A stretch of 64,000 nt of DNA from an uncultured Methanosarcinales archaeon (GTDB taxonomy: Archaea > Nanobdellota > Nanobdellia > Woesearchaeales > CAIVOO01): contig CAZAIK010000002.1 in NCBI GenBank assembly GCA_964485195.1, positions 1 to 64,000 on the forward strand. Reading direction: 5' to 3'. Below, piece after piece: positions 12,301 to 19,932 of this stretch. A program made the translations under genes and the position numbers. Under the pieces are notes generated by a model that was not told the origin of the DNA, made no database searches, and saw only the letters and a program-made list of their open reading frames with translations. Each line of letters starts with the position of its first letter. Position 1 is the first letter of the stretch.

Positions 12301-13053
12301 AATTTCACTGTATTGGAGGAGGAAAAACTCCCCCCACCTTCTCCTGTATCAAGAAAAAAAGGGGTGAGCGTCAATCTCCCTCCCCTTATAGGCTCTTTTG
12401 AGAAAAACAGGACCAATGTTACTGCGGATGTTGAGGAAGTTGAAGTGGAAAGAATAACAGAACTGCCTTACACTCCTCTTGAAGTGAACCTTTCACTGAA
12501 TGAAACATACAAATTCAGGATTGAGGGAGAAATCCATAATGTTGCAATCAGAGATGTTTCACTCTCAAGCGCGGTGTTTGAATTCAGGTCTGAGCCCGTC
12601 TCCAAAGAGGTGTTTGTGAACACTGCAGAAGAATTTGACATAAATAATGACAGCGTAAATGAGGTTTCCGTTACCTTAAAGGAAATAACAGGCAACAACG
12701 TGACTTTTGACATCAACAGGATAGCGCCAACACCGCCTCCTGCTGCTGAGCCGGAAGGAGAGCCAGTGGAAGAAATGCCTGCAGAAGGCCTGACCCTTCA
12801 GAAAATACTGCCTCCTGCCTTCCTGGCAGGACTGCTGGTCGTACTTATTGTGCTGGCAGTCAGGCATCACAAGGCTCAGGCTGTTTATAAAAAACCTGAG
12901 GAAAGGCAGAGGGAAAAGCTTGTGGAAGAGATTGAAGAGTATGTCAAAGAGGCTGAGAGTGAAGGCTTTGCTGACGAGAAAATAAGGCAAAGGTTGCTTG
13001 AAGAGGGCTGGCCTGAAAATCTGGTGAATGAGGCTTTCAGAAAATCAAAGTAA
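6361..13053 (+). CDS. Giant (2230 aa) membrane-anchored surface glycoprotein: three parallel beta-helix (NosD/CASH-like) modules, many Ig-like repeats, C-terminal TM and cytoplasmic helical tail
   Basis: N-terminal hydrophobic signal; repeated GLHINASDITLDCAGY; very dense N-x-S/T sequons; TM LAGLLVVLIVLAV; GAGGTG SD before TTG. Confidence 0.9.
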   Translation: MSRKANAGILGAVAVGFALLLAVVSLNLDYTGFAAYGGDGSTDCGKSVNETSELEGDITDCPGVGLHINASDITLRCQGYSITHDSNPPPPSHFGINVSGFNNVTIKDCNIVGFYSGIYLSSTYNISLRNNNVTNNYHGGIVLKFANNTHITGGRFYNNSPDFIVDNTGESPFFFNMSHSVFDSPSGLLENYTELSIDDSILANRAYAVSWSNASGPLPEDHISFENKYVEIRLYDFSDPVSIDSVTWHWSEGGTPSYNPSKFELWAFEEDSWKLKNNSPGEGHIGLSNFNPQSIYGILQNNNLTCNSIVTSSATMDEDLINCTGVGLHINASDITLDCAGYWIRFNESLSPMLYQDIGINVSNKENITIKNCNVEGFSQGLYFRHTHNFTIINNTVFNSSDYGFDLFQSSNNSFINNSAHSSSQTTGFNFFDNCNNNIILNNSASGANGAGFDVADSANNTLYNNTAFSNSQGFHFLDAYNLKMDNNIAYNNTNDVRFYGFDSFGFNMTDMYFLNPAGSFDNYTRLSIEDFVGSSTQYYINWSANSSGLPYLRSSFANKFVDIVNYSGSVSIDSINWSWDESELSGYDESRFELWKYNSTNEWELLNDSPDTTNNVLGLSSLNPASTYGILQRSLLDCGDLVNENTVLEANLTNCSDVGLHINTSDVTLDCAGYHILFNKSLSPGSSDYAINVTGFDNVTVNNCNVKGFNYGFYLDSADNATLVNNTANNNTIGFQFSSSSRESVLINNSAVLNTQKGFYIAGYSHSASLINNSAFGNGRGIEIHDSVADLNGNKLYDNSYDLYVNFETIGQVFKMTNAFFLNPSGTLENYTVLDIYDSLNIGDEYFINWSVNSSALPANRESFANKFVDIVNTTGSISINKINWSWDESELSGYDESLFELWVYNSTNQWELLNDSPDTTNNVLGLSSLNPASTYGILQETLFVNLTVNITSPANNSVFNISDEFKVYANITNNGTGNATGCNASLSITNESVINITSTETFLHTLGNITAGNSTVETWNLTAELIGKVNITVNLSCDTNSSYDAVHNISVQDVSAPFLTVQEPVNDSWYGSDVMDLNFTVSDVYLDSCWFVNVTGQNETLMNCQNVSFTALEGNNNVTVYANDTSNNVNSSQVFFYVDSVSPVITVSSPVNNTNYTYTNIDLNFTVSDVSLDSCWFTNVTGQDIALSGCANVTFTALQGDNNVTVYANDSADNVNSSQVFFFVDSLPPIFDNANILPPADSEFNQTDTVRLQVNVSESSDVTANITWNSNSEIVNLSYNGTDWFYNSTFNNTFFVGLYNVTFNATDVFGNGNVSYTNFTVNDVTAPLVVNVTPEVGSNYTNGTAVDITANATDPFYNNLDVVQVNVTWAMGSFQGVMDNDSEIYNYTFTNTAGYLGVYNVTIIANDTSGNVNDTETTWFNITRINAAPVVILNKPDNNAQVNNTNNVTLNFTVTDEFNLTLICGLYVNGNLNQTNTSVQNNTITNFYVNVTLGGYNWSVNCSDGDLSNASGTRNFTVNDTVAPALAVQEPVNDSWYGSDVMDLNFTVSDVYLDSCWFVNVTGQNETLMNCQNVSFTALEGNNNVTVYANDTSNNVNSSQVFFYVDSVSPVITVSSPVNNTNYTYTNIDLNFTVSDVSLDSCWFTNVTGQDIALSGCANVTFTALQGDNNVTVYANDSADNVNSSQVFFFVDSIPPGVENVTNVSVTNETANISFDITENANGTVDYGTTLALGSSAFNQSFSTPLVVNLGGLLNNTLYYYNVTSCDVYGNCNESGVYDFTTLQNPDTTPPKVLSIIPSPGSQFNQTDIVTISVNLSEQSNVTATISWRSASMELNLPYNGTDWWYNNTFGNTTQPGLYNVTINMTDQVGNSNITSANFTVNDLTAPAVTIISPDKDEYDKDEKVLFSVNVTDAYYDSVDTVSANISLPNGSAISLSLVEDGNTQVFNNTFNNTKSAGLYNFTVLANDTSRNINVSSGNFTVLEEEKLPPPSPVSRKKGVSVNLPPLIGSFEKNRTNVTADVEEVEVERITELPYTPLEVNLSLNETYKFRIEGEIHNVAIRDVSLSSAVFEFRSEPVSKEVFVNTAEEFDINNDSVNEVSVTLKEITGNNVTFDINRIAPTPPPAAEPEGEPVEEMPAEGLTLQKILPPAFLAGLLVVLIVLAVRHHKAQAVYKKPEERQREKLVEEIEEYVKEAESEGFADEKIRQRLLEEGWPENLVNEAFRKSK
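8092..9177 (+). repeat. Patchy identical tracts between beta-helix modules 2 and 3 (8092-8133/9016-9057 and 8170-8253/9094-9177)
   Basis: 42-bp and 84-bp identical tracts at offset 924 within otherwise diverged modules. Confidence 0.85.
9550..10044 (+). repeat. 495-bp exact intragenic repeat, copy 1
   Basis: Identical to 10951-11445 (offset 1401 bp = 467 codons). Confidence 0.93.
10951..11445 (+). repeat. 495-bp exact intragenic repeat, copy 2
   Basis: Identical to 9550-10044. Confidence 0.93.
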
Positions 13054-13446
13054 GTATTCTATTGAGAACCTTTCATTGTCAACTATGGAAACCACGGCAG
13101 CGCAGGGTCTTTCAGGGGCAAGCTTTTTTGGCAGCCATATCTTCTGCCTGCCTTTTATTGGCACGTGTTCTGTTGCATTATTCATAAGTAATTCATAAGC
13201 ATCATCCCTTCTCAGAAAATCATCCATCCAGAAAATGTCATCATAATCAATAGCATCTCTTAATCTTTCCGCAAGTCGAGTGTGCCTTTGTTCTGAATAC
13301 CCCACAAGCAGGCCTTTTTCCTGTTCATACACTGCAATGCCTTCCTTCTTGAAAGTGTCTGCTATTGAAGCAGGAAGGTGCATCCAGCACCTGCTGCCTT
13401 TTTTGTGCACTGCTGTTCCGAATCTTTTGGGAAACTCCATTTTCAT
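13045..13446 (-). CDS. Divergent MraZ-like (tandem AbrB/SpoVT) protein
   Basis: Two AbrB-like halves (KKGSRCWMHLP; KGRQKIWLPKKL) and MraZ-like LLVGYS.., LLMNNATE, ERFSIE. Confidence 0.5.
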   Translation of the reverse strand: MKMEFPKRFGTAVHKKGSRCWMHLPASIADTFKKEGIAVYEQEKGLLVGYSEQRHTRLAERLRDAIDYDDIFWMDDFLRRDDAYELLMNNATEHVPIKGRQKIWLPKKLAPERPCAAVVSIVDNERFSIEYLL

Positions 13447-14774
13447 TCAAAGAATTCTTTATGAACTGCTCTTACAGCTTTCTCTGCATCTTCAGCTTTG
13501 ACTGCGAATCCTATATTTATCTCGTTTCCCTGTGAGATAAGCTCTATGTTTATCCCTTCTTTTCCTACTGCGCTAAACAGCCTTCCGGAAACCCCTGCAG
13601 TTCCTTCCATTCCTCTCCCTACTGCAAAGACATTTTTTCTGTTGTACCTTGTTTCGACAATCCCTATCTTTTTCAGTTTTTTAACAGATTCAGATTCCAA
13701 TATCTCCGCATCTGATTCGCCTATGGTGAAGCTAATGCTGTTTTCAGAAGAGGAAGTTAATCCAATGTCAAGCTCTTCCGCTCCCTCACCTATTAATTTC
13801 AAAAAGCCCCTTCCGCCAACCATCCTGTTTGTCTTGACTTTTATGATTATGTCATTCACTTTGGGATCCATGGTTATACCTTTAACAACGCCTTTAATTT
13901 CACATTGTTCCGGGCCAATAACTGTGTAAGCTCCTTCTGGGTCAAGCGTGTTAAATACATAAATAGGCATATCAGCTTCCCGAGCAGGAGGTATGCACCT
14001 GGGGTGCAGCTTAGCTCCCCATCTTGAAAGCTGCTCTGCTTCTTCATAGCACAAGTCGCTGATGGTTTTTGCATTTGGAACTATTGCAGGATTCGCAGTC
14101 ATGACTCCATTAACATGAGTCCATAACTCAACACCCTCTGCTCCAAGATAATTGGCTATCTGTGTTGCCACTAAATCAGACGCTCCCCTGCCACCTGTAT
14201 AGATTTCTCTTTTTTCAGGATTAACGCCTATATAGCCGGAAACAATAGCAAGAAATTTTTGCCCTAAGAAGTTTTCCCTGACTTTTTCCCTTGAAACTTC
14301 AGGGAGAGGCTCTGCATCACCGTGATTGTCGCTTACAAAATAGCCAACATTGGGGTTTCCTGTGAAAAAAGGCCTGGCATCTGTTTCTGTCTCTCTTGCC
14401 AAAAATGCAGCGAACAACTTTGAGCTCACCTTTTCCCCAAATGACTCCACCAGGTCAAGCCATTTCCTGAAATCCTCTTCTGGATTTTTAAGCGTATTTT
14501 CAAGTGCAGAAAAATCGTCATCCAGAATCCTGGGCCAGACTCCTGACTCAATGCATATATTATCATGTTGTGATTTAATATCCTTAAAAAAGGGATAATA
14601 ACTTTGCCCGGAGTGTGCCTTTTTACCTGCTTCAATGAGCTTGTCAGTTACGCCTCCTAATGCAGAAACAACAACGATATCACCAGGCTGGCACCTTTTT
14701 TTAACAACCCGAGCAGAGTTATACATATTTTCATAATTTTCAAGCGAGCCGCCGCCGAATTTAATTACTTTCAT
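13443..14774 (-). CDS. lysC: Aspartate kinase with C-terminal ACT domains
   Basis: KFGGGS, VVSALGGVTD, GRGASD, GVMTANP, VGRGMEGTAGVSGRLF. Confidence 0.93.
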   Translation of the reverse strand: MKVIKFGGGSLENYENMYNSARVVKKRCQPGDIVVVSALGGVTDKLIEAGKKAHSGQSYYPFFKDIKSQHDNICIESGVWPRILDDDFSALENTLKNPEEDFRKWLDLVESFGEKVSSKLFAAFLARETETDARPFFTGNPNVGYFVSDNHGDAEPLPEVSREKVRENFLGQKFLAIVSGYIGVNPEKREIYTGGRGASDLVATQIANYLGAEGVELWTHVNGVMTANPAIVPNAKTISDLCYEEAEQLSRWGAKLHPRCIPPAREADMPIYVFNTLDPEGAYTVIGPEQCEIKGVVKGITMDPKVNDIIIKVKTNRMVGGRGFLKLIGEGAEELDIGLTSSSENSISFTIGESDAEILESESVKKLKKIGIVETRYNRKNVFAVGRGMEGTAGVSGRLFSAVGKEGINIELISQGNEINIGFAVKAEDAEKAVRAVHKEFFE

Positions 14775-14874
14775 TTTACTGGAGATATAACCGTCAGCTA
14801 TATAAATCTTGCCATTTTATTAACTTGCAAGTGGTATCACAACATTTAATTTATAAAGCATCAAGCCATTTAAA

Positions 14875-15465
14875 ATGAAAATAGTCGCATTTGCAGACCC
14901 TCACGAAAGCCTCACGTCCATCAAGGAAGTGGAAAAAAAGGCGAAAAACGCTGATTTGATAGTCTGTGCAGGGGATATCTCAATTTTTGAGCAGGAGCTG
15001 GAAACCTTCCTGGAAAGGATAAACAAGATCGGCAAAAATGTGCTCCTGATACACGGCAACCACGAAGGGGAGGAAATAACAGAAACATTATGCCAGGGGC
15101 TGAAAAACCTTTTTTTCATCCACAAGAAGGTTCACAAAATAGGAAAATATGTTTTTATCGGCTACGGAGGCACGGGATTTGAGAGTAAAGAGCCTGATTT
15201 TGAAAAATTCATTGAAAAGAACAAGGCAAAGATAAATCCAGATGAAAAATTGATATTGGTCACGCACGGCCCCGCACACGGCACAAAACTGGACTTGTTG
15301 TGGGATGAGCACAGGGGGTGCAGGTCATTCACCAAATACATTAAAAAATTAAGGCCTGTGCTGCACATTTGCGGTCATTTCCACGAGACATTCGGGGCAA
15401 AAGACAGGATGGGAAAAACAAGACTAGTGAATCCGGGCCCCAAGGGAATGCTGGTTGTTATTTAA
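14875..15465 (+). CDS. Calcineurin-like metallophosphoesterase
   Basis: DPH, GD, GNHE, THGP, GHFHE, NPG. Confidence 0.92.
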   Translation: MKIVAFADPHESLTSIKEVEKKAKNADLIVCAGDISIFEQELETFLERINKIGKNVLLIHGNHEGEEITETLCQGLKNLFFIHKKVHKIGKYVFIGYGGTGFESKEPDFEKFIEKNKAKINPDEKLILVTHGPAHGTKLDLLWDEHRGCRSFTKYIKKLRPVLHICGHFHETFGAKDRMGKTRLVNPGPKGMLVVI

Positions 15466-15595
15466 TTTTATTTTTTATTTTAAACTAAAAAATTATTTAT
15501 TTTGTCTCGCATTATTCTTTTTTTGTTTGTTTGGTTCGACTGCACTATTGCCATGCAAGAATAAAAATAAGAATACGTCAAAAGCAGGCATAAAT

Positions 15596-16540
15596 TTAGC
15601 TAAGAAACCTGTTTTTGATGTCTTCTTCCTTCATCATCAAAACAACCCTGGACTCCATTTTCTCATCGATAACCTTGTAATTGCAGTGTTTCGCTATTTC
15701 CTCTGCAAAGGCTTTTGTTTCCTTATGCAAAGGCATATTCTCATCCCTTAACCTCAATCTGGAAAAGCCCACCCACATATAGGATTTTACCTCAACAAAC
15801 GTTGGATTGGCTCTTCTTATTATTCCTGCATAGCTCTCCGGCTTTATCATGTTCATATTTTTAATTGCAGTTATTCTCAGGCAGGTCCTGACACCCCCTT
15901 TTCTAAGCTCATTCAGAACATCCATTGACTGCATCAATTTTTTCCACGCATCATCCTGCTTTGTTCTTGAAATCTTGTTGTATAATTCCTCGTCCGGCGC
16001 AAAAACAGAAACATAAAGCTGGGTCGGCCTTATTTCTCTGAGTTTCTCAGGATACATCCCGTTTGAAACGACAAAGGAAGTCATGCCTTTTTTGCGGATG
16101 ATCTCAACCATTTCCTTCAGCCTAGGATAAATTGCCGGCTCGCCTGAAAGTGAGATTGCAAAATGAAGCGGATTTTGGGATTCCTCATATCTTTCCCAGT
16201 CAAGATTTTTGTTCCCCTTGAACCCCACAATCATTTGCAGCTGTTCATTAATGCAACCGTTGACTATCTTCTCAGGAGAATCCTCTTTTTTTATTGTTGT
16301 CCCCTCGTTGAATTCTTCATCCATCGCCCTCCAACAGAAGACGCACTCATTGGGGCAATAATTCAGCGTTGGGGTCATCTGCACGCATCTGTGGCTTTGA
16401 ATTCCATAAAAAGTGTTCTTGTAGCAAACATCCTTCCCTGTTAATGACTTCTTTACATATTCACATACTTTTGATGCTGAATGTCTCCCCACAATCCTGT
16501 ACTGCTGCTTCTCCAGAAGTTTTTTGAGTTCCTCCCGCAT
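15596..16540 (-). CDS. taw1: 4-demethylwyosine synthase (radical SAM, Tyw1/Taw1)
   Basis: CYKNTFYGIQSHRCVQMTP, CPNECVFCWR, AISLSGEP, EVKSYMWVG. Confidence 0.95.
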   Translation of the reverse strand: MREELKKLLEKQQYRIVGRHSASKVCEYVKKSLTGKDVCYKNTFYGIQSHRCVQMTPTLNYCPNECVFCWRAMDEEFNEGTTIKKEDSPEKIVNGCINEQLQMIVGFKGNKNLDWERYEESQNPLHFAISLSGEPAIYPRLKEMVEIIRKKGMTSFVVSNGMYPEKLREIRPTQLYVSVFAPDEELYNKISRTKQDDAWKKLMQSMDVLNELRKGGVRTCLRITAIKNMNMIKPESYAGIIRRANPTFVEVKSYMWVGFSRLRLRDENMPLHKETKAFAEEIAKHCNYKVIDEKMESRVVLMMKEEDIKNRFLS

Positions 16541-16591
16541 AAGCTGGAAATATCAATAAAACTTTTAAATGCATCGGGACTTTGGTTTTGT

Positions 16592-17083
16592 ATGCTTGAA
16601 GCAATAAAAAGGCTGGAGAATTCTCCGGAATTCGTGGAATACAAGAAGGACAATCCTGACGCTTTCCTCGTGCACGTCTTTTACATGCTGGACGAGGCAA
16701 ACAAAAACGCCATTCAGATTGGCTATTACAGCAAGGCAAGTGACAAGATAACCACTTTTATTATAGACAAGGAATCTATCACCAAAAATCCTGAGGCAGA
16801 GGTTTTCAAGGAGCAGGAAACAATTATGAATCCAATAAACATTGATGGGGTTAAAATCGGGGTGGACGAAGCCCTCAAAATAGCAGAAGAGCTTCAGAAG
16901 GAAAAATACAAGGAGCACAGCCCTGTCAAGCAAATAGCAATATTGCAGCACCTTCCTGTGGGCCAGGTGTGGAACGTCACTTTTGTTACAAGGGCATTCA
17001 AAACATTGAATGTCAAGATAGACTCAAATACAGGAAAAGTGGTTTCTGACAAGCTCCTGTCCATAATTGAGTTTGGCAAATAA
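16592..17083 (+). CDS. Conserved hypothetical protein (PepSY-like C-terminus)
   Basis: WNVTF...VKIDSNTGKVV; ATG 16592 lies downstream of a TTTTAAA box. Confidence 0.65.
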   Translation: MLEAIKRLENSPEFVEYKKDNPDAFLVHVFYMLDEANKNAIQIGYYSKASDKITTFIIDKESITKNPEAEVFKEQETIMNPINIDGVKIGVDEALKIAEELQKEKYKEHSPVKQIAILQHLPVGQVWNVTFVTRAFKTLNVKIDSNTGKVVSDKLLSIIEFGK

Positions 17084-17153
17084 TAACTTAAGGATAGAAA
17101 AGCTTATAAATGGGCAATTCTCCTCTTTTTACAGTCAGCTGGGGGTGCAATAA

Positions 17154-18599
17154 ATGACAATTAAAGAAGGCATATACTTAACGCTTTTAGACAAAATAAT
17201 CTATTCCAAAAGGATCCTCAGGCCGCCTTTAATGAAGATGTTTCTGAAAAAGCTTCACAAGGAGCTTGTTGAAAATCCGGAAAACCCGGACAGCCTAAGG
17301 CACGTTCGCGAGAAGAAGTACCAGTGGCTTGTCGCGACACTTGAATGCGCCTTGAGAAATGTTGACAAGGGCTACATCTCAAGGGATGTTATGAGAGGGA
17401 TGATGAAAGTCTTTGTAAGGAACGCCCTTATGAAAGACCCTGAAAAAATAGAGGAAGCAAAAAAGAAATACAGCGTTATCCCAGGCTTCATTGTGCTTTC
17501 ACCAACAAGCAAGTGCAACCTCAAATGCGAGGGCTGCTATGCAGCAGTGCCGGGAACAAAGTTCAACACCCTGCCATATGACATCGTTGACAAGGTTTGC
17601 GACGAATGCTATAACAAGTATCACCAAAGATTTATGACAATCAGCGGAGGAGAACCATTTCTTTACAAGGACCAGGGCAAAACCCTGTTTGATACCTGGA
17701 AAAAATATGACCAGATGTTCTTCCTTGTCTACACAAACGGCCATTTCATAACCCCTTCCATAGCCAGGAAGCTGGCAGAGCTGGGAAATGTCACAGTGGC
17801 CATATCTGTGGAAGGAATGGAGAAGGAGACTGATGAAAGAAGGGGAAAGGGAGCTTTCAAAAAGGTGCTGACTGCTTTCAAGAATTTAAGGGATGCCGGC
17901 GTTCCCTTCGGCGTGTCAGTGACGACCACAACAAAAAATGTTGACATATTATTGTCTGAAAAGTTTTACGACTTCCTTTTTAACAAACAGGGAGTTTCCT
18001 ATATGTGGCAGTTCCAGCTGATGCCTGTGGGGCACGGCAGAAGGGCTATGAAGCTTACAATAAGCCCTGAGCAGAGAATAAAGCTTTACAGGAAATGGGA
18101 GAAATTTCTTGCTGAAGAAAAATACAGCATCGCGGACTTCTGGAATTCAGGGGTGTTGTCAGACGGATGTCTTGCATATGCCAAAAATGGGACAGGATAT
18201 TTGTACATAAACTGGGATGGCAAAATAATGCCCTGCGTGTTCGTGCCTTACTACAAGCACAACATAAAGGACCTTTACGCAGAGGGCAAGTCGCTTGTGG
18301 ACGCTGTGAAGTCAGACTTCTTTGAAAGGGGAAGAAAATGGCAGACAGACTATGCGAAGAAGAAATGTAACTGGCTAATGCCCTGCTCAATCAGGGACCA
18401 CGCAAGGAACTGGAAAGAGAACATAGCGACTCCTGACATAAAAGGGGAGAATGAGGATGCCCAGGCAGCCCTTGAGTCAGAGGAATATTGGGAAGCCCTT
18501 GAAGAATTTGACGAGGAAATAGAGAAGCTTACCCTGCCCGTATGGGAGGATGAGTATCTTGGAAAGAAAAAAGTAACTGCCAAACCAAGAACAAAATAA
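17154..18599 (+). CDS. Radical SAM protein with SPASM/twitch-like C-terminus
   Basis: CNLKCEGC, SGGEP, YTNG, GCLAY...PCVF. Confidence 0.9.
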   Translation: MTIKEGIYLTLLDKIIYSKRILRPPLMKMFLKKLHKELVENPENPDSLRHVREKKYQWLVATLECALRNVDKGYISRDVMRGMMKVFVRNALMKDPEKIEEAKKKYSVIPGFIVLSPTSKCNLKCEGCYAAVPGTKFNTLPYDIVDKVCDECYNKYHQRFMTISGGEPFLYKDQGKTLFDTWKKYDQMFFLVYTNGHFITPSIARKLAELGNVTVAISVEGMEKETDERRGKGAFKKVLTAFKNLRDAGVPFGVSVTTTTKNVDILLSEKFYDFLFNKQGVSYMWQFQLMPVGHGRRAMKLTISPEQRIKLYRKWEKFLAEEKYSIADFWNSGVLSDGCLAYAKNGTGYLYINWDGKIMPCVFVPYYKHNIKDLYAEGKSLVDAVKSDFFERGRKWQTDYAKKKCNWLMPCSIRDHARNWKENIATPDIKGENEDAQAALESEEYWEALEEFDEEIEKLTLPVWEDEYLGKKKVTAKPRTK

Positions 18600-18621
18600 A
18601 TTTATTTTGTTCTTAAATTTC

Positions 18622-18834
18622 TTATTTTTCTGTCCTTATGCACTGGACAGGGCATATGTCCACGGCGTCGCTTGCGCATTTCAAATCCTCAACTTCCAGC
18701 TCTTGGTTGTTTTCAACTTTCCTGGCTTCTTTTAATGTGATTATGTCACCTTCAAGCACAAAAAATTTCTCACAGGCCGCCTGACAAGCCCCGCAGCCAA
18801 TGCACTTATCTGTTTCCACTATTATCTTCGGCAT
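18622..18834 (-). CDS. Ferredoxin
   Basis: CIGCGAC...CPVQCI. Confidence 0.92.
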   Translation of the reverse strand: MPKIIVETDKCIGCGACQAACEKFFVLEGDIITLKEARKVENNQELEVEDLKCASDAVDICPVQCIRTEK

Positions 18835-19615
18835 TTTTGTATTGCACCTCTTTTTGTTTTCTATTAAAAATCACCGCCAATGCCAGCAGGGCAATGCCCA
18901 AAACCAGCATAGCTACCTGAATGTAAACCAGGTTCCTGAAAAACCCTGCGCTCGTGAAAATCTCCTGTATAGCAACCGAAGGAAGAATGCCTATACCTGA
19001 AATCAGGAACACATATCCGAAAGCACTGGCTTTCCTCACCCATCCTTCTGAAACAAGGAAAAGCAGGACTGCAAGGATGATATCTGTTATTATAAGGAAC
19101 CAGTGGTAAGTCCTGTATTTTTCACGGGACTGCCGGGCTATAAGCGCGGGGAATGTTTCTGTTTCAGCAAAACAGCTGAAAAATCCGCAGTCATATTCCT
19201 TGTAATAGATGGCATCATATATGGAGTTTGAAAGCAGTGCCCTGAAGGAAATCTCATCAACCTGCGAGCAGTCAATATCCAAGGGCTCCCTGGTTATGTT
19301 AAGCTCAACACTCTCCTTGTCTTCGCATTCCCTTCTCACATAAGTTTCCGCTCTCCTGAGGCTGTCCTCAGAGCTCTCTTTTTCAACCTGTTCCGCGATC
19401 ATCCCGGGAAAGAACTGCTTTCCTGTATCATAATCAGTGAAATTAAGAAAGATGTAGTTTCCAAAACTTAGGGCAATGGCAAGTACCAGCAAGAATCCCA
19501 CTAATCCTCTCAAAGCCATAAGGATGGTGTTTAACAGGGATTTAATAATCTTCTCATTAGGATTTGCAGATTCAGCTTTAAATGTGGATATATCATCCCT
19601 GTCAAATGGTAACAT
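18806..19615 (-). CDS. Membrane protein (4 TM, Cys-containing extracellular loop)
   Basis: Hydropathy pattern. Confidence 0.7.
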   Translation of the reverse strand: MLPFDRDDISTFKAESANPNEKIIKSLLNTILMALRGLVGFLLVLAIALSFGNYIFLNFTDYDTGKQFFPGMIAEQVEKESSEDSLRRAETYVRRECEDKESVELNITREPLDIDCSQVDEISFRALLSNSIYDAIYYKEYDCGFFSCFAETETFPALIARQSREKYRTYHWFLIITDIILAVLLFLVSEGWVRKASAFGYVFLISGIGILPSVAIQEIFTSAGFFRNLVYIQVAMLVLGIALLALAVIFNRKQKEVQYKNAEDNSGNR

Positions 19616-19675
19616 ACGCGAGGTTTATAAAAGACGGGACATCTTAAGATATAAGGAATTCAAGAATAAAACAAA

Positions 19676-19927
19676 ATGACAGAAGATTTAGAAAAAAGGA
19701 TTATTATAGAAAAAGCAGACACAGAGAATAACATAATATTTAGCGGACTTGCTCTAGCTGCATTAATAGCCGGTGCTGCATTTGCATATACTGGGCATAC
19801 ATCAGGTTCAGAATTTGTAGAGGGTGTTGGGTATGGTGTTATTGGTATGGATGTTTTTATGAATATAGCATATAGGGGACTTAAATATTTGAAAAAGAGA
19901 GACTTAATTAAAAAAGAAACCCAATAG
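19676..19927 (+). CDS. Small membrane protein
   Basis: Two hydrophobic segments. Confidence 0.55.
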   Translation: MTEDLEKRIIIEKADTENNIIFSGLALAALIAGAAFAYTGHTSGSEFVEGVGYGVIGMDVFMNIAYRGLKYLKKRDLIKKETQ

Positions 19928-19932
19928 CCTAA

